From Vermamoeba vermiformis (Eukaryota), in NCBI GenBank assembly GCA_045837725.1, contig JBEWZL010000266.1, positions 62,001 to 126,000 on the forward strand: a DNA stretch of 64,000 nucleotides, written 5' to 3'. The translations under genes and the position numbers were made by a program. Of the stretch, positions 35,266 through 49,681 are shown piece by piece (within the stretch, counting starts at the first letter, position 1; every line of letters begins with the position of its first letter). The notes under the pieces were generated by a model, which was not told where the DNA came from, ran no database searches, and worked only from the letters and a program-made list of their open reading frames with translations.

Positions 35266-37276
35266 TTACTGCGTGGACTGCGAGTTGCTATTGTTGTGCA
35301 CTCTAAACTCGCCTGAGGTCACTGAGCCTCGGCGGCCAGTGCCAGTAGGTTTCACAGCCCAACTGCCTCGTCGCTTGCTGTTGGCTTGCGACAAGAAGTC
35401 CCAATAATAGTAGTGCGGGTCTGAATGGGAACTTTTGTAGGTGGACAAGGGCTCGGGGTTGGGCGTAGTCTTCAAGAAGTCCCAATAGTAGTGGTGCGGA
35501 TCCCGACTGGAGTCATCCGTGCTGCTTACGTTGATAGTGGTGGCAGGCACGGCTTTAGGTTTGTTATTGTGGTGCTTAGTGCTGTTTGATCCGCCCTTAA
35601 TCTCTTCAATTTTGTTGACAAAGTCGTCGAATTCGCTCGAGTTCAGAGTGTTGCTGTTGTGCTGCACGGCATTGTGTTGCGTGTTAGTGTTGCTAGCTTG
35701 TGCAGCGGTGTCGTGTTCAGCCGTTGATTTGATTTGAGCTACGCGTGCGATGAACTGATCGGCCTCGCTGCCAGTAACATTCACATTGGCACTCGAGTGC
35801 GCATTGACATTGTGAGGCTTTTCAACGCCAAGAGACTAAGTAGAGGAATCAATTGCTGCTCATAACCGTTCAGCTTCAATACTTACACTAAAGAATGATT
35901 CGACGCTGGCCATGCTCTTGTCAACCATTGATATGGCCTTTTGAATGTTAGGCACTGGATCTACGACAGCAGTTGACTCGTGCTTGACCTCTTGAACAGT
36001 ATTGGTATTGTTATGGGTGCTGTTGTTTGCTTTGGCTTGTTCCAATGCCTGGGTGTGATCATCGCTCGATTTGTTTCTGGTGCCGACAACGACGGGGCCT
36101 TGACTGGTGATGGAACCGCGACGCGTAGTTGAAGTAGGCTTCAATGCCCAGCTGCCCCTGCGATCACGAGTCGCACCTTCAGCTGGTTGTTCGGGCTGTG
36201 CAGTAGTGTGGCCCTCTTCAGTGGTGATTTGAATCGTTGTTTCAGGCTGTCTTGGGCTCGCGTCACCGTTGTGGTTGATGGCACTTAAATTGACATTTGC
36301 AACGTCGTTTGATTGGCCAATGCGTTGTGCTTTCTTCTCTTTGAGTGCCTTCAACTTCTCTTCTTTCTGTCGCTGATAATCTTCAGACTTGCGCGGTGTG
36401 TGGCTCTTGGTCTTGCTCTTCTTACGGGCCTCTTCTTCTTGTTCCAACTTGTCCATTTGTTCTTTGAAGAAGGCGTCCTCTTCCTCAGCTGTAATGCGCG
36501 GCGAGACGAGTGCAGTGACCTCTTCCATCAGTGGAGGGGCTTCTTGTGTCGTCGTCAGCGAGCTCGTGGATGTGTTGCTGCTCGGGCTAGCAGTGTTGTT
36601 ATTGCGCGGTGAGAGCGCTGCGGACAAGTTCAACGACTTGATTGATGATGAAGAGCGTGAATGTGATAGTGCACGTTGCACTTGCGCTTCAATATCGGCA
36701 AGATCTTTTTTCGAATCAGCTTGCTTCTTTGCGTGCTCAGCTTCCAATTTCGCGTATAAAGCAGCGCTAGTTTGATCCATACTATGGTCAGTACTCGTGT
36801 GTGTATGAACTGGCTCGGTTCGTTGGGGAGCTGGCTCTTCTTGAGGAGTTTCTCGCGGAGTTTCTGGTCGGTTGGAAAGATCAGATTCGTCGCGAATTTT
36901 TTGTTCGTTACGAAAAAATAGGCAATATTTTTAATATTGTACCTGTTTTTGGAGCGTGTCCTTGAGCCGCAGCATAATGAGGTTTGCAATAGATTTTTGT
37001 GTCGTGTACGAAATGTTGTCCGGGTCTCAACGAGGATTTGCAAGTAAAGCACTTAAAGCATGCCTATACAATTAAAAATATGCGTAAATATTTATTAATG
37101 GTATTTTAATGAAACGGTTTTTCCAATTCAATGAGATCCGCATATCTTTTTTGATTCTCTATTGTAAACCAATCGATTTTTACCTTATGAAAATTTCTGC
37201 CATCAGCAATCGATACTTTTTCTAGTGGATATACTGTTTTATTGCATTCGCTGCACTTGACTTGTGTTGCAGACAT
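35266..37276 (-). CDS. LIM-domain protein with long disordered tail
   Basis: Exons from 37276 encode KCSECNKTVYPLEKVSIADGRNFHK|ACFKCFTCKSSLRPGQHFVHDTKIYCKPHY (LIM); they splice in frame into the 306-aa and 172-aa ORFs (intron 35886-35836). Confidence 0.88.
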
Positions 37277-37561
37277 CTTGGTCTAGTGGTGTTGTTCGAA
37301 TATTACAATAGAGCTTCGTCACAAATAATACTATGGATAAATTGGTATACGTCAGTGGTGTTGCGCTTTAGTGTTGTTTGGTTGTGATCTGAAATTGACG
37401 GTTTTCGCGTGTGCCGGGTAAAATTTTGAGCGGCAAAAAAACTGGCCAAGTTTAAGCGCCCTAATTAGTGTCTATTAATAATTTGTTTGCGAACACACAT
37501 ACCAATGTTTAAATTACTTTAACAAGCCACTACTCAAACTACTATTCTTTGTGGGCAAGTA

Positions 37562-38050
37562 CATGGGCACACATGCAAATATTCACCAATACCAAGACCA
37601 ATGTGCAGACTATAATTTAATAAATCAACCGTACATTGACGAGCGCAGCTTAATAATTCCTCAGTCCCCAGAGATTGCTGTTCAAGCCGAAAACTCTGAC
37701 TTTCATCCAAACCCAAGAGACTCTCTCCATGGCAAGCCACTGACGTAATAATCATCTGTGCAAAGAAGACTGCTAAAGAGGTAAAGGAGCATTTAAAATT
37801 GATGAGGCTGGAGTACAGACATGAAAGAGACGAGGCTTTGTTGGAGGGCATACGCGCTGCGTGTTCCTTTCATTTCAAAGAACCGATCGACAAAAGCGAA
37901 GAAGAGATGATCAAAAACTTGCAAAACGAGCCTTTTGAGCAGGTCGTCGAAGATCCGAAGCTGCATGGAATGTCCATGATGCTTCGATACTTTAACTTTG
38001 CTGCCAAGCGTGATGAGCGCCGTAACGAAATTAGATTAAGAAATAAATAA
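37562..38050 (+). CDS. Hypothetical small protein; 5' structure unresolved
   Basis: Charged, protein-like open frame 37700-38050; no convincing splice found linking it to the upstream ATG. Confidence 0.35.
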
Positions 38051-38170
38051 TTTCACTTTGAAACAATTGCTGGCAACGGATCTTTTTTTGAACAGATCTG
38101 TTCGGAAAATTTAACGTTGAAACTTAGATTTGATTAATTTACTTATAATACATCCTATTATTAATACAGA

Positions 38171-41100
38171 TTACTCTCGCAACGTCTGCCTCAATAAGTC
38201 TTCAGTTTCCTTGAGCAGGTTATCAATACTTGCGTACAGATTCGGATCTTGCTTTGGTTCTTCTATTTGCTTTGGTTCTTCGACATAAAATGCTCTCGGT
38301 GTAATTACAGTGTCAGCTGGAACAGAATCAATGACTGGCGCAGTATTCAAAAACTGTTCAATGCTCTGCAGAGCGATCTGCGCTTCTAAACTAGATTTGC
38401 TGCCCAACTGAGCCTTATCAACGTGTTCCAGTGCATCATTCGTCGCTGATCCAACAGGCGTCAATGTCTCGTAGGTGATGCTCGAGTAAAAATTCTCGTA
38501 GTCAAGAGAGTGGCGTCTGCTGCTCGTTCTGGTAGAGGTCCCTGACACGACCGAGGCTCGTCTGTTGTCTGATCGTTCAACGGGAGGTGTTTGTGGACTG
38601 CTTGAGAGCTGCATGGGACTAGTATTGTTGTTAGGCAGCGTGACGCTTTTAATGACCACTAATCGTTCAATGGATCCTACAGTCGTTGGCTGCGTGCTGT
38701 TGGTCACGTGATTACTCTCGTAAGTGCTCGTCAATGAAGAGGTACCGAATGAAATCTCCTCATCTGCTTTAAACACAAGGGAATTCGTCATCGATGAACA
38801 CGCACTGTCGCTCAAATCAGTCAGCGTTGGTTCTAACGAGGCCGGATTGGGTTTGTACACTGAAAGACGCGTTTTGATGAACATTCCTGTGTCGTCTTCA
38901 CTAGCCCCGACAATTTCGTGAAGATCTCGATCTGAGATGCCATATACCGCCGAGTCTCCATCGTTGTAGTCGAATGAGTAGTCTGACCCTGCCTTGCGAA
39001 TGGGATTCGGCTTGGTTTGTTGACCTTCGGTGCCTTTGAGAGGGTCATTCACAAAGCTGTCTCTCAAGTTGCTAATGTCAATGTCCATTTCATTCGCCAG
39101 TGACAGGTGCTCGCTGCTCTTCGGGTGCGTCTTCACTAGCAACAGTTCTTGGGCGTGTTGTTCTAACTCTTCAGGCGAGGCTGCTACTGGTGCCACGATT
39201 GTTGGAATGGACAAAATATCTTGCACGATGGGTTGAGGAGGGCTACTTTCAATCGGAGTGTCTTTTATGGAAGGCGGTGGCAACTTCTCTTCAACTGGCA
39301 TTCGACCAGTCACCCAACCTCGGGGAGGCGTATTCGGTTTTTTCGGTTGGTCAGCTTTCATATACTTAGGAAGGGCTTGAACAAATGTTGGTCTATGCTG
39401 TGGCGGACTATCGACTGGCTTGGGTTGAGGAGCGGGCTCTACTGGCTTCTGTGCAGTTTGTTGTGGAGTTTGAAGCTCGGTTGATTTAGATAGCTCGGTG
39501 AGTTGCTTTGGAGGCTCGACTGGTTTTGGCACATCGACAACCTTTGTTGGCTCGACCTGCTTCGGTGTTTCAACAGGCGTTTGTGGGGCAGGTTCATTGA
39601 TCTGCTTATTAATAGTGTCGATGGTCACTTGAACGGCTGCTTCACCAACGCTCTCAACTGCCGCGTTCGCTGCTGCACTCGCTTCAGCTTCAACGTCACG
39701 CTCCATCTTCTCGAAGAAAGAATCGGACAAATAAGTGTTTTCAAATGAAAATTCTTCTTGTTCTGACGGTCGCGTTGGCTCTGTGATTGGTTTGTTCTTC
39801 TCGCGGTAGATTTCAAGTACTGTGTTAATCGTGGAGTATAGGCCTTGAACATTAGAGCTCTTCACGCGAAGTTCTTGTGCTTTGCCATCCAATTGATATT
39901 TCAGATTAAATACGCCTCCAACATCAGAAATCTTGTCGATATTTTTCAACAGAATGTCAACACGTGCCTGATAAGCGTTAGTATAAACCATGGTACGACA
40001 GTATCGCTTACATTAGATAGCAAAAAGAAGAAGCTCAACGTGTCTCTCGTTAGCTTGACCTGCGTGTATTCTTGGCGTTTCTAATGCAAGAATTAGTACG
40101 GATTATAATTATGTCACATATCCGTACCGTTTTGTCATTAGTGTCCTCGGGCGATGTTCTGCAGTTGATGTTGATGCTCTCGCCTTTGTTGATAATCGTC
40201 GTGACTAGTGTCGAGGCTGTCTTTTTGATGGAATCGACCCACATCTTGAACTCCGCTTCGACAATTGACAGCGTGTACGTGTTGCCAAGCACATCAACTG
40301 ATACGAAATTCAGTTAGACACTAAGCAACTAACAACACGAGCACGTACCTAGTTTCACAATGTTATCTTTGCCTTTGACTTTCGATTCTTCAAGCGAAAT
40401 ACCGACGAGCCTGATCGTCTCGAACAGTTGTTTGCCCAAGTCAGTAGGATTTTTGCGCTAATGTCCCACTGTGAGTACTATTATTGTTATGAGAGGTCTG
40501 GACTTACAGTATCGCCCTTGTAAAACCTGATATTTAAGTTGGTTAACACGACCCAGGTCTTGCGCCACTCGCTGCCTGACAAGCGCAACAAAAACCCGGA
40601 TCTGACTTCTTTTTCTTCGATGACTAAATTCGTTTGAGGTAGCTTCAACCGCACATATTAGAATTTGCATGACCAATATTGTTATTACACTTACCTCGTA
40701 TGTTTTGACGAATAAATCAAGCTGCCTTTTCAGGCGGAAAAACCACTGTTTTTTCTCCTCGTCGTTCCTTGCGACCAAAAAATAGCCTTTCTCATTCGTA
40801 GTAATGATCTTCAAGTAATGTGGCTTCTCACACCCGTCCTCTGCATCCTCGTCGTTACTTAATTCGGTAATTTCCGTCAAATTAATCCATCCTTTTAGGC
40901 CCGTAAGATCGTCGGTTCGCTGAAATTGAAAAATGTATGAGAAATTGAAGCAAGAAAAATGTGAGATCTTACAGCATTGGCGCGGTCAAAGTAATTCAAA
41001 AATTGTCCTTGCAAGACAAAATAACGCTTTTTCCAATTTTGCGTCTTGTGGCCTTTGCCTCCTTTTTTCATGAGCCATCCGGCAGCCAACGGCTCACCCT

Positions 41101-41724
41101 ACGATAAAATGAGTGAATATATACAAATTTCGGTTATAATAATTGTATAAGGCAATCACGCCATTTTGATTGCAAGTAGGTAAATTTTTTTGTAACGGAT
41201 TCCGAAATGTACCAGCGGATCAGAACCGTCTCTAAACAAGCTAAGTACCAAAAATATTGTCGTGCGAAAGCAGGCATGCCTAATATTGATTTAAAATAAT
41301 AAAACTTACAGCTAAGTTATCGGCAAAGATCTTCACTTTCTTAAGTGCGTAAAAAATAGCATTTTTCCACATCGTGCACTCTTCCTTATCGATGGTTGGA
41401 GTGAATATATATTCTTTACCGCTGCTATTTGTAATAACAAACGAATTTTCTCGTTCGGTTGTTGGGTCCGCATCTCGGATTTGACAACCCTCCAAGTACA
41501 ATTGCCCTTTTAATTTATCGAATGCTTTTCCTGACAAGTCCTAATAAATTACAAATTAATATACAGCAAGTCGTGCGGAGTATATTACGTACCGGCTTCT
41601 CGAAATAATAGGTTAGAAAAGTCCCCTGCAGCACGCACCAGCGGAGCTTCTGATTCTTAACAGTGTGGCCCTTACCACCTGTTTTGAATAGAGTCCCAAA
41701 ACATATCGTGTCTGGTGTGGTCAT
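38171..41724 (-). CDS. Multi-PH-domain protein (three or more PH domains) with long low-complexity C-terminus
   Basis: FGTLFKTGGKGHTVKNQKLRWCVLQG...WKNAI; GWLMKKGGKGHKTQNWKKRYFVLQG...EEKKQWF; third domain ending EFKMWVDSIK. Confidence 0.88.
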
Positions 41725-42304
41725 CGTCAGTACAAAAAAAATTGATCTAGCAGTCGAAGATCAACCGAAATTGAACACCAGCCTTGAGTATAGGGACATC
41801 ATATATGATATCCCATCGTACATCCTTCCCGCAATATAAATCGGAAAGCACATTGCAATTAGTCCAGAGTTAGTGTGCCACCTACATCTCGATCCACGAA
41901 CAGCCTAGTTTGGAGTAATAATAGTTAATTATTGAAATGACATCATCCAATTAATACGGTAAGCAACCCACCAGATTGGTAAACGCAGTTTGTATTCAAT
42001 TAAAAATATTTGAATACAATGATCAATTAAAAGCGTTCGGGGGTATGCAATATTATTAATTAGTTTTATTAAGCTGTTATTTTTTTAATCTTTAAGTTAT
42101 AATTAATTGTAATTGTCATTGACCCGAGATTGTTTTGTCTGCACGTACTCTGTGGCTTAGATTAGGAGTATTGCCTCACAAGAGGTGGTTACAAGAATCT
42201 TCACGGTATTGTTGTGTTATTTCATTAAGAGATACGAAAGGATTTGACACGATCAGGTCAGAAAGAGCGCGGAAAAAAACTGAGATTATTTCTGCTTAGC
42301 GGCA

Positions 42305-44903
42305 ATGGAGAGTCATATCTCGCCGTCTACGCAGTTGTTAGATAACATTAATAACGATGAGTTGCATTTGTATGTGAGGGCATTCTGGGCAGGAAAGTTA
42401 CTTCAGCTTCAAGACCCAATCCCTGAAGAAGTGCGAGAAAAAGCTATAGATCTATTGGGAGCATGGACTACAACGCTATCCAATGGTGTATCGCGTGTTG
42501 TCTTGAACAAAGAAGATGTATTTGGGCAAATCCGAGAGGAGGAATTTTTGAACGGGCCATTTTTAAATTGGGATAAATTTAAAAAAGACAAAATATTATC
42601 CTTAGGTACGTCTAGGTTGCATATATTGGAAAAACAAGCGACAGAAAATTTATAATAGAGGTGTATTCAACTTCATTTGTACAGATCCCATTAATCCGAT
42701 TGAAGAGCAGTTGACGAGCGAAGAAATGGACTTCTTAAAGGCCAGTCACTATATCAAACACGCAGCTAGCTCAGTTCACGCCACAGTATCGACCTGGACT
42801 CGGGACCAATTCTGCGACAGTTATCAGAACGTATTGGATGTGTTTAACTACGAACAAGTAAGATTATTGGATTAAATTTGATACAATGATATTCACGTGG
42901 GTAATTATTAGGACTTTGTGGATGTTTTTGACTTGCATTTGAAAGGCGAATCAAGTTTAGCATTAATGATTGCAGCGAGCTATCTTGAACGAGCATTAGG
43001 CGATGTATTTGAGCACGTGGCTAATACCAAAAAAGGAAATGACAAGAAAAAAGATCGCGTCGTTTGTCCTCGAATACTGCGTGATTTATTAGCGACAGAA
43101 GAATTAAATAGTTTTTTGGGCGAGGACGTTGTACGTAAAATGGGTGAATAATATACATCTCTAATCATATACACTAGCTATTTGTATTGAAAACTATAAT
43201 AGGCCCGCCAATCGGTACGTGATCAAGGTATTTCTAACTAAGCTAACTTATGTCAAAGGACTTAACTTGCGCAACATATTGTGGCACGGCTTTTTATCGG
43301 AAAAAGAATTCGATTCTTATTACACGAGCTTCACATTTGTGTTGATGAACTCACTCGCATTGATGTTCAAACAACTGTTAGGCACTGACAGCCCGTTAGT
43401 GAAAAGACCGCTGATCAAACTAAATACGATCAACCACGAGCTCTATGACTTTGGACACGGCGCTACTGTCGTTAATATTGAAGGTATATAATGATATTAA
43501 TATATACTATGGCTAATCGAAGCTTAGAATTTGGTGCTGCAGACTGGCTATATTTCGAACAGTTACTTCAGCGATCATTTTTCATCTTGCCTGAACGAGC
43601 GCCTGTATTCATTCAAGCGTTAAAATACTTGCAGTCGAGCGATAAGTAAGTAACATATACCTTAACTAATCCTCATTAACATTATTGCCTAGACTTAAGT
43701 ACCATCGATTCTCGACGTTGTTCCTGCCACAGTTCGAGCATGCATTAAGAAGGATCTTTGTTGCTGCAAATAATCTGCCAACACCAATGTTATGTGCAGA
43801 ATCACGTGCTTATTTCACAACACTGGATATTTTGTTGGACGAAATTGTTGGTGAAAATCAATCGAACCTGCTGAAAGACGAGATTGGTACTGGCGCAATG
43901 AACTGTTTGTGGGACTTGTTTATCCATGTAGCGGGTCCCAGGCCTCGGTAAGTATTTATTGAATAATATAATTCGCGATTAGCTGTTTACGCTATGCTAA
44001 ATTAGGGATCGAATATCACATGGTGAAGCGGATCCAAGGTCTATTCCATATGAAGTTATTGATCGATTCTTGGCTATTTTAATCTACTTCTGTTGCAAAT
44101 ATGACGTCGAGAACAAGTGTCAAGGTAACTCTAGCCCGTCAATAATACCTTGATTTACTAATTTATGATTAGAAGATTATTTCACCGCGCTACCAGTCAA
44201 ATTCAAGCTGGCCTACGACTACATAACTAACTACATCTCATGTTTTCATCCAAAATCACTCTTGCAGCGGCAATTCAAAGCAGCAGCGAAAAGTTACGAA
44301 GCGTTAAGTCAAACCATGGAGAAATTTCCTTATAAGGAAAGTACCGAGGAAGAACCAAGCGACGATGACGTCTATAAACACCGGCGCAATGATAACGCTG
44401 ATATGTACAATGCAGTCACCGAGCTCAACGAACAATTGAATGTAAACAACGGGCATGTTCGGCTGTTCATGAACGACAAATTCAACTCAAACGAGCTATG
44501 TGACTTGGAGACGCTGAAGTGCAGTGCAAATGAAATCACATTAATTACATCGCTCAGAATTCTCCTTGGCGAAGTGGAACAACTGCTGGTCGATTACAAC
44601 AACAAAATCATCGAGCTGTCTGGTGCCATCGCGTCAAACCAAGCCACACGACGAGCACAAGACAGTTTTTACAAGTTATTAGGCCTTATGGACTTATTTA
44701 CTGCTAGCTTCACCTGGTTCATTTACTTGATCGAGTACTTGCTGTTAGTGAAGAATGAAGTGGCTGGTCAAAAAGAAGTCAAACTGCTCAATCGGTGCTT
44801 GACGTACGTGCAGCGGTTACAAACAAAAGTAAAAGAAAATCAATGGGCTACATTAGTAGACACCATCAAAGAAATGTTGAAAACTGTCATGAAACGCGTG
44901 TAA
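42305..44903 (+). CDS. ERMARD/C6orf70-like (DUF4209) protein
   Basis: [69 protein letters not shown]. Confidence 0.85.
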
Positions 44904-44975
44904 ATAATAAAACAGCTGATATTAACTTATAAACAAAAAAGAATTTACTTATCACTGCCAGTCAGTTCCACACGA

Positions 44976-46802
44976 CTACGCAGTGGACGGCTCAGTTGTA
45001 TTGGCGCCGTGACCATTTGTACTCGTTGTTTCTTCGCTCTTATTCTCCACCGTGGTTTCTTGTTTGACAGGTGTCGTTTCTAAAAAAAGAAATCAGTTTT
45101 ACAATCCTGCGGTATTCGTTCGAATGAAGTTCGTACCTTTTTTCGGCTCAACAGCTTTGGTTGGTGTTGAAGTTGTCGAACCACCTTTCTTGTCGTAATC
45201 TTCTTTTTCTTTTTTAAATCGTTCTTTGTCTTTCTCTGCGCGGTCAATATATTTCTGCAACATGACCATTAGATAACTATTATAACAGCAAGCTCGTGTT
45301 ATTTACGACTTACTTGTCGTTCATCGCTCGGCAAAGCTCGCCACTGTTCAGCAACTATTTTGAGCACTTGCTGCACGGGATAATTCGGATCTTTTTCTTT
45401 CAGCTCTGTTGCGACTTGCTCTCGTCGTTCCTGCATATGAATTAGCAACACATTCAATAAGTAAATGAAACAACAATTGATTTCCATTTTAGGAAAAGAG
45501 ATCAGTCTGCTACGTTAAGCACGTACCGTCAAGAAAATAATGTAAGGTGTTAAAGCACGTTTGGGAGCATTAGGATCGGTCTTCCTCTTCTTACGGGGCC
45601 GTCTCATCTTTTTACCCTTGCCGTCTTCCGAATCTGAATCTGAAATATCCGAAAGCGACTCGAGATCTGTTTTAGGATTTAACGCTGCATTTTTCTTGTC
45701 TTCTTCCCATCGCTTGGTATCTGATTGCGCCTTCTCTTCATAGGGCTAAATAAATAATGCATTAGTTACGAAGTTCCAACTCGCTCAGTACGAAAATATA
45801 GAGCCGAAGGTATTTAATATGCTCGTAGTTCATATTAAAGATTAATATGCACAATAGTTACGCGATATAAATTTCGTTTGAAAAATCTTGCGAATATCTA
45901 GTTTGATGGCTATCATAAATCAAATTTCGGTTTTTAGTGCCCTGCGCGATTCAATTTGAATCACCTTATTTTCGAAATAATACGAACTATAAAAATAATA
46001 CTAAATACGTACCTTCTTATCTTCAGCACTCAGTGCACTCCATAATTTGCCTACTTCTTTTGTCACCTCCGTAAATTTCATGTCTGGATGGTCCTGCTGT
46101 ACTTTAGCGCGCATATCCTATTAATCAAACATTAATATGACGTTATTCTTAGTCTCTGAGTTTGAGGACGGTAAAATGCGCTTTGTAAGGGAATATTTTT
46201 CAAATCTGGACTTGTTTGATTACAACTGAGCTCAATGTATTAAATTTCGTGTTTATAAACATTAGGTAATATAAATAAAATCAATTGCAAATTTAACAAG
46301 AAAAAATGAAAATTTTGCAGATCCAGTCTTACGCAAGACCCTAGGACCACAAATTGATTATTCATCACTAAAATAGACTTTAAAAATGAATAACAAAATA
46401 TAAATACGTTGATATTTCCTATTGATGAACAAATCTGGCAGATTTCGACAATAAAAAAATTAATTAATTCTTGTATATGCTTGGTTGATCGCTTACCTGC
46501 ATAAAATACATGTAGGCCGTGCGTGGCCTCTTTACTTTCGCGTCTTTTCCTCCACGCTTTCTTTTCTTGCCTCGCTTTTTTGGCTCCTCATCTGATTCAT
46601 CTGAATCTGAATCTAGAGGTTCTTGCTTTGTAGGAGTTGTTTCTTTGGATGGCGGCGCTGCGCTCTTCACCTTGGCTGTAACATTCATAATTTCTTCATC
46701 AATCAGCATGCCACCTTCACTCTCCGCAGAGGAAACGCTCGAATCTGAGTCTGAATCTGCGTTTGTTTCCACACGAAACGCGTCGTCATTTACTACCGAC
46801 AT
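44976..46802 (-). CDS. HMG-box protein with two boxes and acidic/basic tracts
   Basis: KRPRTAYMYFMQ...HPDMKFTEVTKEVGKLWSAL; DPNAPKRALTPYIIF...VAEQWRAL. Confidence 0.9.
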
Positions 46803-47156
46803 TATGCTGGAGTTTAATTAACTGTTGTTTACTTAGTGAACATCAAATAGGGAAGTGATGAATAAGATCGAACAAATTTTTCTGTTCACTTCGTGTTAAG
46901 TCACGAGTATCACAATGAAAGCATCGTGACTTAATTTGAAATATGTTATTAATTAATAACAACACTGATCACAAAATCAACTAGGAAAAGCTCGCATTTA
47001 AGGTTTTCGGCTCCACATCCGCCTTATTCCGCTCAGGTCCACAGCTCAATTCAAAAAAACGCGCAAAATCCACCAAAAAAGACGTATGTATTAAAATACA
47101 AATAAATACATTTATGTACAGTTTTTCGAATCAACTAACAGGCCAAAATGGTGAAT

Positions 47157-49444
47157 TTAGGGCCTATACTTCTCCAGCATCGTGCACACTTGCTCCATTT
47201 CCTGCAATATAATTATGAGACAAAATAATTTAAATACGCGGGGTTTAGAAACTTACTGGACGAGCACTCGGATCCGCTTGGAAGCACATGTTGATGATAT
47301 TCTTGTACACTTCATTGCAGTCTGTTGGGATTTTGGGGGTCTTATTGCTCTTCAGCTCGAGAGCGACTTCCAAAACATCGTTGATGTCATTGAATGGCTG
47401 CTCCCTGTTTAAAATTTCTGTCATCACAACACCAAAGGACCACACGTCTGACTTGGTGCTGTATTTTCTGTTGCGGATAGCTTCAGGTGCCTGGAGGTTA
47501 ACGAGGTTAGTACGAGCGGCATCGAATGCCTCGTGCACGTGGCACTTACCATCCAACGAATAGGACCGATGTTAGTCTTCGTCGTTCCTTCTTGAATGGT
47601 TGATTCAACAATTCTAGACATGCCAAAGTCAGAGATCTTGGCTTCACCATCGCCAGACAGCTAAATACGCTCAGTTAGGCACTGAGAAGAATACGAGCAC
47701 GTGACACGTACCAAGATGTTTCTCGCGGCCAAGTCTCTGTGCACAATGTTGTTCAAGTGCAAGTGCAACAAACCCTTCGCAATGCCGAAGATCAAGCGGT
47801 GCTGATAAGCTGGTGTGATCTTCTTTGACTTGTTGAACAATGTCTCGTCGAGGCTGCGGCCAGGACAGTACTCTAAAATGATTGCTGGTGCTTGACCATC
47901 AGTGCTGACACCAAGCACTTGCAACACGTTGGGATGTGGACGAATGTTACTGCAACCGAATTAGACACCAACGTTTGACACGTGCCATGCAGAACTTACA
48001 CCATGATGCGAGCCTCCTTTTGGAACTCTTCAGTGGCGCCAATGCTGTTGCTCACTTTAATGGCGACTTGAGTGCTCTGCCACGTGCCCAAATAGACCTT
48101 GCCAAATGCACCTGAACCGATTTCTTGTTTGAACACGAGTCTGCTCCATGGGATCGCAAATCTATCGTCCAAGTTGACGGTCTGGTTGTTCGGCGATAGT
48201 GCTTGGAACGACGGGTTCATTGATGCACCACTGCCAATGACATCGACGCCCGTGTAGATTGTCGGAGTGGTTGATTGTGGCTGCAAAGGCACGTCGTCAT
48301 TGGGCTTGTTGCTCTTCTGACCGCTGCCTGACTTCTTGCGCTTGTTTCGACGCAACAACAAGATGACCAGCACAACTGCTCCAGCAGCTGCAATCGGCAA
48401 AGAGACACACAATCCGACGATCAATGGTATGTTAGGTGGGGTGTCAGGCGCACCGCTGGGCTGGTCGGTGCTGGTCGAGTTTGCTGTGGAAAAAGTCAGT
48501 TGAAGGAGCTATTTTTAGTACCAATTGACGTACTCAAATACGTGACATTGGCAGTAATGGACCCCATAACTAGTACTGAGGGAACTCCTGCGTTTGCGAC
48601 GGAATACAATACGGTCAAGTACGTGTTGGGAGCGTTCTTGAAATTAATGTCATTGATCGTGTAGGTGACACTGACGAAGTTCAATCAGTTAAGAAAATAT
48701 TAAGTATGTCGAGGATAATTACATTTTCTGGGTGAAGTCATTAGAACCCGAGACAGACTGCTTAGTCCCGGTCCAATTGCCTGTGGAATTGGAGATGATC
48801 GCATATTGGACCACATCCGAATTACTATTCTCATTTTCTCCGAAACGATCCAAAGTCAGGACCATACTAGTCGTAACCTCGCCCTCTGCAGCAGGTACTC
48901 TTATGAGGCAAAGCAAAGGCATTGACGTCCTTGCAAAAGTACTAACGAACGAGACTTGTGCCAAGTTACCGGTAGACGGTCCCCACTTGAAGTAAGAGAA
49001 ATTAGCGAATTCAAAACCAAAAATCAAAGTCCAACTTACCACAGGTCTACTATCCACCGCGGGTTCAAAATTGTAGAAGCAATCCGAAGCAGAAACTGAC
49101 ACTGTAGCTGTTCTATTCATTAAGCTCTGCGCGATGCAGCTCTCCACCTAATAATACGAATTTAGCTTACAGGATCGCTATTCTATGCTAATTACAGTGC
49201 AAGACTGCTCTTTTGTCGTTCGACACCGTAAAGTTAAAAAAAGATTCTTGTTCGGCAGATAAGTTAAAATAAATGACATTAATAATACGGTTCGTGAGCA
49301 CTACATCGAATTAATAAAATCGGTATTAAATAAATGTAAATTCCAATTTAATGGATCTTTGACACCTACGAGACATTGGATTAGCACTACACAGCAGAGA
49401 TGACGCCATAGCTTAGAATTGATAACATTATTTACGCCAGGCAT
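47157..49444 (-). CDS. Single-pass receptor kinase (TKL/tyrosine-kinase-like); start approximate
   Basis: N-glycosylation-rich ectodomain, TM IVGLCVSLPIAAAGAVVLVILLL, GSGAFG, VAIK, HRDLAARN, DFG, GPIRWMAPE, SDVWSFG. Confidence 0.9.
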
Positions 49445-49681
49445 TACGTGTTGCTCCTTTTATTGCGGTTACAAAACTGAAAGATTTTGACACCTGATCA
49501 CAAATCAACGGCCCGATTTTCCAACCAAAACGACGTCTGCATACAGACATAAAGGGTTAATGATACAACGCACATCGAATCAACCTTTTCAAAAGGATTT
49601 ACATCATATTCAATCAGATCCCAACAGCATCCCCTCGTAAAGCAACCAAAAGATCACCACTACTGTGGAAATTACATTCCT

